Source: a virus. Taken from it: a stretch of 64,000 bases of DNA. Each line of letters starts with the position of its first letter. The first letter of the stretch is position 1. The stretch is from UHGV virus genome UHGV-0179803. One strand, written 5' to 3'. The translations under genes and the position numbers were made by a program. The notes under the pieces are model-generated. The model was not told the origin of the DNA. It saw only the letters and a list, made by a program, of their open reading frames with translations, and ran no database searches. This document shows, in pieces, positions 53,991 to 61,815 of the stretch.

Positions 53991-54350
53991 ATGAAACGCA
54001 TCAATAAGGCTATGGCTAACGCAATCCGTGCTTATGTAGTTGACAGCTTAAACTTTGACGACATGGAACACGACAACGACGTTGAGGAACTGAAAGCACG
54101 CTTTGAAGCTGAGCATTTTGACGGCTATTATATCCGTCGCTTTAACGGCAACCGTGTAAAAGCAATGGCCGACTGGTTAGCAGGACTGCCGAGCGGTGTA
54201 GACATTGACTTCTGTAATGATGACATTTTAAACCGCTTGCGTGAGTTCGGAATCATTGACGAAAAAACTAAAGAAGACACTAAAGATCGCTACATTGACG
54301 AATGGTTTGAACTGATGGCGCGGTTTTATGTGGAACTAGCATACAAATAA
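53991..54350 (+). CDS. hypothetical protein
   Basis: 119 aa; AGAGGAAAAC upstream. Confidence 0.55.
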   Translation: MKRINKAMANAIRAYVVDSLNFDDMEHDNDVEELKARFEAEHFDGYYIRRFNGNRVKAMADWLAGLPSGVDIDFCNDDILNRLREFGIIDEKTKEDTKDRYIDEWFELMARFYVELAYK

Positions 54351-54388
54351 AATAGCTTGCTTTTAGATGGCCTCGAAAAAAAAAATAG

Positions 54389-54417
54389 TTGACACGGGGC
54401 CATCGATAAAGTAAACT
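54389..54417 (+). promoter_or_regulatory. sigma70 promoter embedded in conserved hairpin element
   Basis: TTGACA-17 nt-TAAACT; the spacer is the GGGGCCATCGATAAAG arm of the recurrent hairpin element. Confidence 0.55.
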
Positions 54418-54455
54418 AACACACAGTAAGAAGTAACAACAAAGGAGAAAACATT

Positions 54456-54794
54456 ATGAACGCTAACATTGAACTGATTGCACGTCGTGCCGCCCTGGTT
54501 GCAGCTATCGAACAATTGAACAATAAAATTGAAAACTTTGAAATTGATCCAGATGACTACGAAAACGACTACGATGATTTACTAGACGAAGGCGGTGCGG
54601 TAGTGGTAGGCGGTTGCGAATTTCTCCCGTCTAGAATCCTCCGCGAACTGGATCCGATTGCTTATCGTTGCGGCCTGAATGATTATATAGACAACATTGA
54701 TGTAAGCGATGACGCAAACTATTGTGATTTGTGTGACGATCTGGCTGACCTTGAGGCAGAACTAGGGGAAGTCGAGGAAGCGCTACGTAACTAA
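54456..54794 (+). CDS. highly acidic small protein (candidate DNA mimic)
   Basis: 112 aa; about a quarter Asp/Glu, few basic residues; AAAGGAGAAAAC upstream. Confidence 0.55.
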   Translation: MNANIELIARRAALVAAIEQLNNKIENFEIDPDDYENDYDDLLDEGGAVVVGGCEFLPSRILRELDPIAYRCGLNDYIDNIDVSDDANYCDLCDDLADLEAELGEVEEALRN

Positions 54795-54836
54795 GTTGCC
54801 TTTTAGATGGCCTCCCTGGCGGGGCCATCCATAAAG
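54795..54836 (+). repeat. conserved intergenic hairpin element, copy c
   Basis: GTTGCCTTTTAGATGGCCTCCCTGGCGGGGCCATCCATAAAG directly after a stop codon. Confidence 0.5.
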
Positions 54837-54873
54837 ATAATTTAGTGTAACCACAATAAAAAGGAGTTACGCA

Positions 54874-55122
54874 ATGGCAAAATTAATTAACTTTGCAGCG
54901 GTGGACCTGGTAAAAGCTGATTGGTATTATAGCAATGGTCGCGCCGTTTGGTGGCGTGAAGGGGGTGCCGAGGGCAAAGTAAAAGCGCGTATGATTAAAG
55001 GTTACCATTTAGATCGCCCTGTAATTCGTATCAATGGGAAGCTGGTCGCTTTCATGCATATCAAAGCGGTTGACGATATTGAAAAAATTTTGAACGTCAA
55101 CTATTTTAAAATGTTAGGGTGA
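54874..55122 (+). CDS. hypothetical protein
   Basis: 82 aa; AAAAGGAG upstream. Confidence 0.5.
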   Translation: MAKLINFAAVDLVKADWYYSNGRAVWWREGGAEGKVKARMIKGYHLDRPVIRINGKLVAFMHIKAVDDIEKILNVNYFKMLG

Positions 55123-55211
55123 CATGCCAGGCGGGGGCCGTTAGTCCGGCCCCCTCTATCCAACCAGGAGGAGGTGACACTATGCCCAGTTAACAACAGA
55201 GAGGAAAATAT

Positions 55212-55550
55212 ATGGACCTCATGACGTGCATACTCGCATTTATTGCAATAGGTGTAGTCTGGAACAAAGTAAAAAACCAGAGTTATTACGCCAGATGCCA
55301 GGCTTTTCGGGTGAATCCGTGGGATATTGATCCGGGTGCTGATTATGTTATCAAGTACCAGGACCGACACGGCAAACAATATGTAACGCCGTCGCCGATA
55401 CCGGCCTATTGCTTGCTGGAATACACAGACAAGATAAAACAGGCAGGTTTTTTAATTGTTGACCTGTGGGGCCGCCACGGTGACGCGAAAAAATTTATTA
55501 AAGCAGTGGCTGCAAATATTGCAGCACAAGAAAACGACGATGAAGAGTAA
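55212..55550 (+). CDS. hypothetical protein with N-terminal hydrophobic helix
   Basis: 112 aa; GAGAGGAAAA upstream. Confidence 0.5.
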   Translation: MDLMTCILAFIAIGVVWNKVKNQSYYARCQAFRVNPWDIDPGADYVIKYQDRHGKQYVTPSPIPAYCLLEYTDKIKQAGFLIVDLWGRHGDAKKFIKAVAANIAAQENDDEE

Positions 55551-55564
55551 CAGGAGCGCCGATT

Positions 55565-55786
55565 ATGAACATGGTAAACTTTGAAAAAATTACTAAGCGC
55601 AATCATTTATCTGACGAACTACCGGAACGCCGCCAGCGTAACAACAAGCTGAATAAACCGCGTCGATTTGGTAAACTGTGGCGCAACTATTACGACCGTA
55701 ATTTACGCCGCCTGTTACTTGAACGTGAACGCCAACAAATGAGATACGCAGCACGGCGGGAACGGATGAAAGCAGACGAAATTTAA
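55565..55786 (+). CDS. highly basic small protein (Arg-rich)
   Basis: 73 aa; Arg/Lys-rich, nucleic-acid-binding-like composition. Confidence 0.5.
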   Translation: MNMVNFEKITKRNHLSDELPERRQRNNKLNKPRRFGKLWRNYYDRNLRRLLLERERQQMRYAARRERMKADEI

Positions 55787-55792
55787 CCGATA

Positions 55793-55818
55793 GGCCCCCA
55801 GGTGGGGGCCTTTCTTCA
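55793..55818 (+). terminator. intrinsic terminator
   Basis: GGCCCCC-AGGT-GGGGGCC followed by TTTCTTCATTT. Confidence 0.6.
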
Positions 55819-56026
55819 TTTGTAACATAGCGCAATCAATTTTAAGGCCCTTAAAACGCCCTACAACGCAAAGAAGCCTAAAGGTGAACAATTGCATTAC
55901 CCGCCCCCAATTAGTAATTTGTGATCAAGATCTCACAAAAATTAATAGGTAAAAACCTTATTTACTTCTTATAGGATCTGCATACCATTTTAATTGAAAG
56001 AAGAAACACAGCAGGAGGAAAATAAA

Positions 56027-56236
56027 ATGGTCTACTGTGATTATGCCAATGATGCACTGGGCCGCTATGAGAAAGGCCGTTATTATGACCTGAGCGAAAT
56101 AATTGATAACGAGGATTATTACATCGATAAGAATGATGATCATCTAGTCGTTATCCATCGCGTAGTCGATCCGATGTGCTTCGTGGACGTTAGCCCGATT
56201 GTGGCACGCTTTGAAATTATGGTATTGGAGGCTTGA
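56027..56236 (+). CDS. hypothetical small acidic protein
   Basis: 69 aa from ATG (MVYCDYAND) after AGGAGGAAAATAAA. Confidence 0.5.
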   Translation: MVYCDYANDALGRYEKGRYYDLSEIIDNEDYYIDKNDDHLVVIHRVVDPMCFVDVSPIVARFEIMVLEA

Positions 56237-56238
56237 TT

Positions 56239-56340
56239 ATGTTACTTGAAATGCTGATGAATCCGATTATTTCTATGGGCCTGATCTTTGTAGTTGTCTG
56301 CCTGGTTGTTGGTTTTATCTTGAGCAATATGCGGAAGTAA
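56239..56340 (+). CDS. small membrane peptide (33 aa)
   Basis: MLLEMLMNPIISMGLIFVVVCLVVGFILSNMRK; ATG after GGAGG. Confidence 0.35.
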   Translation: MLLEMLMNPIISMGLIFVVVCLVVGFILSNMRK

Positions 56341-56367
56341 AAATTTTTAAAAAGCTATGAAAAAGTG

Positions 56368-56396
56368 TTGACACGGCCCCCCGGTTTGGTATTCTA
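56368..56396 (+). promoter_or_regulatory. sigma70 promoter driving a non-coding purine-rich transcript
   Basis: TTGACA-16/17 nt-TATTCT; no ORF for ~250 nt downstream. Confidence 0.55.
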
Positions 56397-56399
56397 TAG

Positions 56400-56540
56400 C
56401 TGAAAGGAAAAGAAAGGGAACAAGAAGGAAAGTTCCGGGAGCGGGAAAAGAAGGGTAAGGGAAAAGCCTTGAAGCATAGCTAACCGAAGGACCGAGGGAG
56501 CCGGGAGCGGCCCTAAAAGATACTCAAAGAAGTAAAAAGA
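56400..56540 (+). ncRNA. candidate GGA-rich purine-tract non-coding RNA
   Basis: ~140 nt almost entirely A/G with repeated GGA motifs and short hairpins (CCG-GGAG-CGG, GCCG-GGAG-CGGC); promoter upstream, no ORF, next promoter at 56543. Confidence 0.3.
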
Positions 56541-56542
56541 AG

Positions 56543-56571
56543 TTGACAAGGTAACACAAAGCAGTAAAATA
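56543..56571 (+). promoter_or_regulatory. sigma70-like promoter
   Basis: TTGACA-16 nt-TAAAAT; purine-rich leader continues to the next start codon. Confidence 0.5.
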
Positions 56572-56649
56572 AAGTTGAAAGGGAAGGATGCAGGGAGCAA
56601 CAAGGACCGGATAAACCGGGGGGAGCTGAAAGAAAACGAGGAAAATAAA

Positions 56650-56736
56650 ATGAAAGACTACTACAAAGCAAACGAATATGAAAGGGTAGCAGATTTCATT
56701 AAAGAAATGTTAAAAGGTCTGAATAATAAAAAATGA
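56650..56736 (+). CDS. micro-ORF (28 aa)
   Basis: MKDYYKANEYERVADFIKEMLKGLNNKK; ATG after CGAGGAAAATAAA, same start context as neighbouring genes. Confidence 0.3.
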   Translation: MKDYYKANEYERVADFIKEMLKGLNNKK

Positions 56737-56744
56737 GGTGGGGT

Positions 56745-56858
56745 ATGAAAAACAAGCAAGAAAGGCCCGAAGATGACAAATTTACATGGCGTGAGCTTTT
56801 AAACATCTGGTACATCATTTACGGGCAACATTATAAACACAGAGGAGGGAGGTTATAA
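56745..56858 (+). CDS. micro-ORF (37 aa)
   Basis: ATG after GAGGTGGGG; followed by hairpin GGGAGG-TTATAAA-CCTCCC. Confidence 0.3.
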   Translation: MKNKQERPEDDKFTWRELLNIWYIIYGQHYKHRGGRL

Positions 56859-56905
56859 ACCTCCCACCACAAAGAAAGAAACAACAACCAAGCGAGGAAA
56901 ATAAA

Positions 56906-57133
56906 ATGAGCAACGTTATCAAGTTCCCCATGAATCGTGTAAAACCATCTAAAGGTGTGGTTAATTTCGATAATAAGGTTTACCGCATGGCCTGGATCGT
57001 TAGAAACAGCGACAATAAGGGCGATATCTGGGTAGAGGCATTCAGGCGGGAGGTTGATGCTATTTTTTCAAGAAGTGTAAGGGGAGGCCGGATCATTAGA
57101 GGATTTTTCAAAGCGGCACCGGAAGAGGTTTAA
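56906..57133 (+). CDS. hypothetical small protein
   Basis: 75 aa; CGAGGAAAATAAA upstream. Confidence 0.5.
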   Translation: MSNVIKFPMNRVKPSKGVVNFDNKVYRMAWIVRNSDNKGDIWVEAFRREVDAIFSRSVRGGRIIRGFFKAAPEEV

Positions 57134-57138
57134 AAAGG

Positions 57139-57166
57139 TTGACAAATCATAAAAAACAAGTAGACT
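57139..57166 (+). promoter_or_regulatory. sigma70 promoter
   Basis: TTGACA-16 nt-TAGACT followed by GAAAGCAGTAAAC box. Confidence 0.55.
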
Positions 57167-57208
57167 GATAATCGAAAGCAGTAAACAATTTAAAAGGAGA
57201 ACATAATC

Positions 57209-57403
57209 ATGAAACACATCAACATCGTAAACCTGAAAAAAGTTTGCAAAATTGCAATTTTTGTGGAAGGTGTCGAGGCTTATCGTTGCGACTACGAAGA
57301 TTATAAAGATGCGTTAGCTTTCCTCCTGGACGTGGCACACCACAACAATCTAGACTATGAAGCCATCGAGGCAGCCGAAAAAGTTATGGCAATTGCCGCA
57401 TGA
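57209..57403 (+). CDS. hypothetical small protein
   Basis: 64 aa; AAGGAGAACATAATC upstream. Confidence 0.5.
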   Translation: MKHINIVNLKKVCKIAIFVEGVEAYRCDYEDYKDALAFLLDVAHHNNLDYEAIEAAEKVMAIAA

Positions 57404-57450
57404 GTTAGCTTTTAGATGGTCCACGATGCGAAAGTGGATCATCAATAAAG
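57404..57450 (+). repeat. conserved intergenic hairpin element, copy d (with compensatory changes)
   Basis: GTTAGCTTTTAGATGGTCCACGATGCGAAAGTGGATCATCAATAAAG; arms changed but still complementary. Confidence 0.5.
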
Positions 57451-57484
57451 AAAACTCAACCACGAAGCAAGAAGGAGAAACATC

Positions 57485-57715
57485 ATGGACCTTATGACAG
57501 CTGTTGCAACATACGACTATAAAAACTTTTTTGATGTAGTCATGATTAAAAAACCAGCTAACGCCCGGATGCCTGCAAATGGTTACGGTAAAAAATTACC
57601 GACTAACTGGATGATCAATTTCGAGGGCCGTATGCGCCGCGTCTATGTTGATATCTGTGGCAATTCTGGACACAGGTACATCATGGTTAAAGGCCGTAAA
57701 TTTACTATCATGTAA
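57485..57715 (+). CDS. hypothetical small protein
   Basis: 76 aa; AAGGAGAAACATC upstream. Confidence 0.5.
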   Translation: MDLMTAVATYDYKNFFDVVMIKKPANARMPANGYGKKLPTNWMINFEGRMRRVYVDICGNSGHRYIMVKGRKFTIM

Positions 57716-57776
57716 CACGATTTCAACCAGGGCCGGAAGTCCGGCCCTATCATCAACCAACAAAGGGGATCAAAAA

Positions 57777-57896
57777 ATGAAAGACAAGCCTCGACCTTGC
57801 AGCGATACAATTTACCATCTGATAGCATGGTGTGAGATCCTGGCAATTGAAGCCCTTATGGGTGTTGGCATTTACTTTATAGCGATCTATAATTAA
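57777..57896 (+). CDS. small membrane peptide (39 aa)
   Basis: ATG after AAAGGGGATCAAAAA; C-terminal hydrophobic helix. Confidence 0.35.
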   Translation: MKDKPRPCSDTIYHLIAWCEILAIEALMGVGIYFIAIYN

Positions 57897-57929
57897 CGCG
57901 AAAGGAAATAGCCATGAGGAATAAAAGCA

Positions 57930-58286
57930 ATGAGAATCATCGACCTGTTAAACCGTATGCCGGACGTCAACGAGATGGCCCCCGATATGAACGAAATTGA
58001 TCGAGAAGCTGCCGAAAAAGCGGCCCGTAAAATTAAATGCCGTGGGGCCGCTATCGGTGCGGTGCTTTTTGGCCTTGCTTATGCTCATATTGATTTGGTC
58101 CATAACATTTTCCACAATGCACCGATCAAAATCGTGTTAGCCTGGATTGTCTGCTACGTGTGCGGTGAGTACATTTACCCGGTTGCCAAAAAATTGGCCC
58201 CGTGGGCCGTCCTGGGTGCGGTGATCTATTATGTTGCGCCTGTGATTATTGCAATCGTAAAACATTACACAGCGCAACAAATGTAA
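57930..58286 (+). CDS. membrane protein
   Basis: 118 aa; three hydrophobic segments. Confidence 0.5.
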   Translation: MRIIDLLNRMPDVNEMAPDMNEIDREAAEKAARKIKCRGAAIGAVLFGLAYAHIDLVHNIFHNAPIKIVLAWIVCYVCGEYIYPVAKKLAPWAVLGAVIYYVAPVIIAIVKHYTAQQM

Positions 58287-58296
58287 GAGATTCTAA

Positions 58297-58321
58297 GGGC
58301 CGCAAATAAGCGGCCTTTTTT
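58297..58321 (+). terminator. intrinsic terminator (copy 1 of an exactly repeated hairpin)
   Basis: GGCCGC-AAATAA-GCGGCC followed by TTTTTTAT. Confidence 0.7.
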
Positions 58322-58547
58322 ATGGCCCCGCCTCCTGTGTTTAAAATCCTTCCTGTAAGCCCCGCCATTGAGATTTACCCGCAAGATAAGCAAGTGTAAA
58401 GCCCCACCATTCCAGGCCGTTGCAGGCCCTGCCAGGTGCCTAAAAATCGATTTATACGCTTCCACTATTGCCAACCTTCAAAGCGATCCAGACTTAAAAG
58501 TGTTGCCCCTGCAAAATGAGAATAGTTATCATCTTATAAATTTTTCT

Positions 58548-58575
58548 TGCAATGTGGTCTGTTGTGTGTATACTT
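58548..58575 (+). promoter_or_regulatory. sigma70-like promoter
   Basis: TTGCAA-16 nt-TATACT; followed by GGGGAATACCTCCCC hairpin in the leader. Confidence 0.5.
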
Positions 58576-58625
58576 ATTCTTGAAAGGGGAATACCTCCCC
58601 CACCAACAACAAAGGAGTTAAAATT

Positions 58626-58907
58626 ATGTTCCCTAACCTATTCCCTGGTGCGGTTATCAATTTTGAAGCCCGTTATTTGCAAGCTGGTATGATTATCATT
58701 CGAAATGATCGCCCATTGAAATTAACTAGGGTAGAATACAATGAAGGCCAGGCCCCTGGCGAGGAAACTGTAGACTACTTCTTCATGTATGCAGATGAGG
58801 ATCCAAATGATAACACTGGCGAATGGTTTAACTTCTTCCTGCCGGACGAAATGATTAAAGTGCTTTATTATCCTGGTAACCGTTATCCGCTTCATGCGCT
58901 TTTCTAA
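58626..58907 (+). CDS. hypothetical protein
   Basis: 93 aa; AAAGGAG upstream. Confidence 0.55.
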   Translation: MFPNLFPGAVINFEARYLQAGMIIIRNDRPLKLTRVEYNEGQAPGEETVDYFFMYADEDPNDNTGEWFNFFLPDEMIKVLYYPGNRYPLHALF

Positions 58908-58923
58908 AAAAAATCTTCATAAA

Positions 58924-58947
58924 GGCTTGCAATGTGCAGGCCTTTTT
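58924..58947 (+). terminator. intrinsic terminator overlapping a promoter-like site
   Basis: GGCTTGCA-ATG-TGCAGGCC followed by TTTTT; TTGCAA-17 nt-TACTAT spans the same bases. Confidence 0.5.
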
Positions 58948-59002
58948 CCTACTATAAAGGTGAAGAAAGAAGTAAGGCCAACAGTTAGAGGAGTAACAAA
59001 TT

Positions 59003-59212
59003 ATGGGCATGGGAAGAGATAAACGTAAAGCGGCGAAAGCAAGAAAAGCGGCAGCAAAGGCCGCACCTGTTAAAGCTGTACCGTACCACGTCAATATAAA
59101 CAACCTGGAAGTAATGAACAATCCGGCCCCTATGGAAGAATTTAACGATGCGGATTGGAGGGCGGTAGCAAGAATGGTTATCCGGCTTGAACGCCTTGCC
59201 AGGGAAGAGTAA
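59003..59212 (+). CDS. hypothetical small basic protein
   Basis: 69 aa; N-terminal Lys/Ala/Arg-rich segment. Confidence 0.5.
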   Translation: MGMGRDKRKAAKARKAAAKAAPVKAVPYHVNINNLEVMNNPAPMEEFNDADWRAVARMVIRLERLAREE

Positions 59213-59233
59213 AAAAGTTAGAAAAAAAAACGG

Positions 59234-59261
59234 TTGACACAGAATAGAGAAGGCCTATAAT
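59234..59261 (+). promoter_or_regulatory. consensus sigma70 promoter
   Basis: TTGACA-16 nt-TATAAT followed by GAAAGAAGTAATTAG box. Confidence 0.65.
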
Positions 59262-59311
59262 TAAAGTGAAAGAAGTAATTAGAAACAACAAAATAAGAAG
59301 AGGTAAGTATC

Positions 59312-59578
59312 ATGAAAATGGTAGACGTTAAAGGCATCAAGAACGTTAAAATGCAAAAAAATACTCCCGCAAACGTTCTTAAAAAAGCCCTGAGCATCCT
59401 AGAAGCACACAACGCAAAAACGGTGCATCCTGTTAAATTAAATTGCGGTTATGGCTATAAATACAATATTAATAAAGACTGGAGGCTGTTAAACCGTGAT
59501 GGCGAATTTAAAGATTGGTTAATTGTTGAGCACTTGGAGTATAATCGTCTGGTTGGCGTAAAAGGCGCTCATAAATAA
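59312..59578 (+). CDS. hypothetical protein
   Basis: 88 aa; AGAGG upstream. Confidence 0.5.
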   Translation: MKMVDVKGIKNVKMQKNTPANVLKKALSILEAHNAKTVHPVKLNCGYGYKYNINKDWRLLNRDGEFKDWLIVEHLEYNRLVGVKGAHK

Positions 59579-59623
59579 CGCCAGAACATGAAAACACAGC
59601 ATAAAACACTAAGAGGGAACGCC

Positions 59624-59803
59624 ATGATTAGAGAATCCCAAATACTTTACGAAAATGGCAACTACTGGATCCTTGAGGCTAAACCGGGGGTTTACCAGGT
59701 GATGGTAAAAGGTTTAACGCATTCGACTTGCGATAGCGCCTACGCAGATTTTGATCTAGCATTGGCCCGGTGTGAGTACCTGGCACGAAGAGAAAACGCA
59801 TAA
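59624..59803 (+). CDS. hypothetical small protein
   Basis: 59 aa from ATG after AGAGGGA. Confidence 0.45.
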   Translation: MIRESQILYENGNYWILEAKPGVYQVMVKGLTHSTCDSAYADFDLALARCEYLARRENA

Positions 59804-59809
59804 AAGAAA

Positions 59810-59834
59810 GGCCCCACCCAGGGGCCTTAACTTT
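59810..59834 (+). terminator. hairpin, probable terminator
   Basis: GGCCCC-ACCCA-GGGGCC followed by TTAACTTT. Confidence 0.5.
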
Positions 59835-59858
59835 ATGAAAAAAAATCTGAAAAAATAG

Positions 59859-59887
59859 TTGACACCTTGCTGGGATAGTATATTATT
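59859..59887 (+). promoter_or_regulatory. sigma70 promoter
   Basis: TTGACA followed by AT-rich -10 region and GAAAGCAGTA box. Confidence 0.5.
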
Positions 59888-59929
59888 AAATTGAAAGCAG
59901 TACTAAACCACTTGAAAGAGGAAAAGATC

Positions 59930-60412
59930 ATGAAAGCGTTCAAATATGTTTTAGCGGCCCTGGCGATGGTTATCGGTGTAAATGTGAATGCTGGCGGTTT
60001 TAGAGTCGAGGCCCCCGAGCATATCAATCCGGTTTATGTGAAAGAAATTTTAATGAATTGCGCCGGGGAAATGGTTGCACCTGATGCGGTGTTTAATCCT
60101 GATGCACCGATCAACGTTAAAAAAGGTTGGCTGGCTAAAGCTGACAAAGAATGTAAAACATTGGTAAATAATGTTATCGTTCACGCCCTGATTGTTGACC
60201 TGATTATCAAGAAAGGCCCTGAAAATATGAAGGGCATGGACGAAGAGGAGTTTAAAGAGTATTTCTATAACGAAGAAATGAAAGTGGAGAATTACCATTT
60301 TGATGAAAACGGTTATGAAGATGTTAAAGCTAACTTGAAAGATGTTTACAATCTTGCGCTTGAAAATCCTAAAGCCGCCCATGCTATCAAGGTGCGAATG
60401 ATGGGAAAATAA
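59930..60412 (+). CDS. secreted/periplasmic protein
   Basis: 160 aa from ATG after AAGAGGAAAAG; signal-peptide-like MKAFKYVLAALAMVIGVNVNA. Confidence 0.55.
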   Translation: MKAFKYVLAALAMVIGVNVNAGGFRVEAPEHINPVYVKEILMNCAGEMVAPDAVFNPDAPINVKKGWLAKADKECKTLVNNVIVHALIVDLIIKKGPENMKGMDEEEFKEYFYNEEMKVENYHFDENGYEDVKANLKDVYNLALENPKAAHAIKVRMMGK

Positions 60413-60417
60413 AAGTA

Positions 60418-60445
60418 TTGACAAGCTGCCAGGTTGTTGTAAGAT
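60418..60445 (+). promoter_or_regulatory. sigma70-like promoter
   Basis: TTGACA-16 nt-TAAGAT. Confidence 0.55.
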
Positions 60446-60489
60446 GTAAATAAAAGAAGTACCACACCAAATAAGAGGAGTACCAAATC

Positions 60490-60669
60490 ATGAAACGGAA
60501 TATTAAAAAGGTCAACAACCTGGTAAATGTTGCAATGCGTGAACGTGAAAATGCTCTAGACCTTCTCCCCGATGACGATATCGATGAGGAGGTGGCAGAA
60601 AAAGCCGTCTACCTGGCTAAAAACCTTGAGAATTTCGACATGCACGAACTGTTAAAAATGGCCCTGTAA
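60490..60669 (+). CDS. micro-gene product (59 aa)
   Basis: ATG after AAGAGGAG; acidic middle (DLLPDDDIDEE); below ORF-track cutoff. Confidence 0.4.
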   Translation: MKRNIKKVNNLVNVAMRERENALDLLPDDDIDEEVAEKAVYLAKNLENFDMHELLKMAL

Positions 60670-60721
60670 GGCGGGGCCGATACCCCGCCAGCTATCCACC
60701 AAATCGAAAGGAGTGATTATT

Positions 60722-61018
60722 ATGTTTATCCCTGCAAACGGTTTATTCTTCTTTGACGGTATGATCGACAATGCCGCCGTAATGGTCGAGATTGCCAACA
60801 AAAACGGCGGCCAGGTGATGGCATTCCGTGATGACCATGACCATGATCGATGGTTAGAGGTCGAGATCCAAAAAGTGGACGAAAAAAGCTATCTAGTGAT
60901 CTACCGCCTCTTTGAAGACGGTCGCCAGGAGGCAGGGGATCAGGCCATCTTCCCGCGCTACATGGTCCAGGGTGCGATCATCGCTTTCGTGAACGATGTT
61001 TTCCCTGTTGAAGAATAA
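60722..61018 (+). CDS. hypothetical protein
   Basis: 98 aa from ATG 8 nt after AAGGAG. Confidence 0.5.
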   Translation: MFIPANGLFFFDGMIDNAAVMVEIANKNGGQVMAFRDDHDHDRWLEVEIQKVDEKSYLVIYRLFEDGRQEAGDQAIFPRYMVQGAIIAFVNDVFPVEE

Positions 61019-61225
61019 CCGACTATACTCGAAAGCTGAAAATCAAAAAATAGCCCATCTAATCGCCACACAGGCGGGATAAACCTGGGGAGGCCTTGCA
61101 AGTGCATAGCCTCCTTTTTCATGCCCTTAAAACGCTTCCTGTTGCGTTTCCTGCGATACGGTCCAGGCCGTGACGGCGGTCCGGTCCGGTGTAGGGTGTT
61201 CAAATGTTGTAACTAAAAATAATCC

Positions 61226-61253
61226 TTGCACCGATTCACAAATAGGCTATAAT
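61226..61253 (+). promoter_or_regulatory. sigma70-like promoter
   Basis: TTGCAC-16 nt-TATAAT followed by GAAAGAGGTAATTACC box. Confidence 0.55.
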
Positions 61254-61297
61254 AAAAATGAAAGAGGTAATTACCTCACATAATAAGGGGCAAAATC

Positions 61298-61555
61298 ATG
61301 AAAGGCTGGATTAAAAAGGTGACCGAAAAACGTTTTAACGCCATTTGGGATCTTATTGAAAAGGAAGAAGGTGCCTCAAGCCGCTACCTCAATAATCTTG
61401 AATTTCATTACGTGGAAGCGATGAATGCAGAACATGACCACAAAGGCGGCGCGGATGATTTTGCAAAAAGGTACGGTTTTAATAATGCCAACGAGATGAT
61501 CGAGGCGGTTGTACTCCAGGCAGAAGAAGACTACGCAGAAAGGGCGCTTGGTTAA
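61298..61555 (+). CDS. hypothetical protein
   Basis: 85 aa; AAGGGGCAAAATC upstream. Confidence 0.5.
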   Translation: MKGWIKKVTEKRFNAIWDLIEKEEGASSRYLNNLEFHYVEAMNAEHDHKGGADDFAKRYGFNNANEMIEAVVLQAEEDYAERALG

Positions 61556-61598
61556 TACACGGGCCGAAAGGCCCACCACACAAAGAGGAGTAAAAATT

Positions 61599-61793
61599 AT
61601 GGCACTTAAAAAATTAACTGAAAAAACTCGTTGGGATATGATCGACGGGGAAGTCTATATTTTCGCCCGTAAACCTGGCGATCAAAAATGGGTAAAAGCG
61701 TTCACTTGTCACCCTGCTGTTATTGACCTCATTAAAAGTAAAGGCCTACGTGAAGCAGTGGCACGTAGTCTATTAATCCCTTGCAAAGAATAA
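61599..61793 (+). CDS. hypothetical small protein
   Basis: 64 aa from ATG after AAGAGGAG. Confidence 0.5.
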   Translation: MALKKLTEKTRWDMIDGEVYIFARKPGDQKWVKAFTCHPAVIDLIKSKGLREAVARSLLIPCKE

Positions 61794-61815
61794 TATAACT
61801 GACGAAATAATAAGA

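Noticed and set aside
56394-56603. 69-aa minus-strand ORF of Leu/Phe/Pro/Ser-rich sequence
   Set aside because: It is the pyrimidine-rich mirror image of the purine tract and has no promoter or ribosome-binding site; the purine strand sits downstream of a clear promoter.
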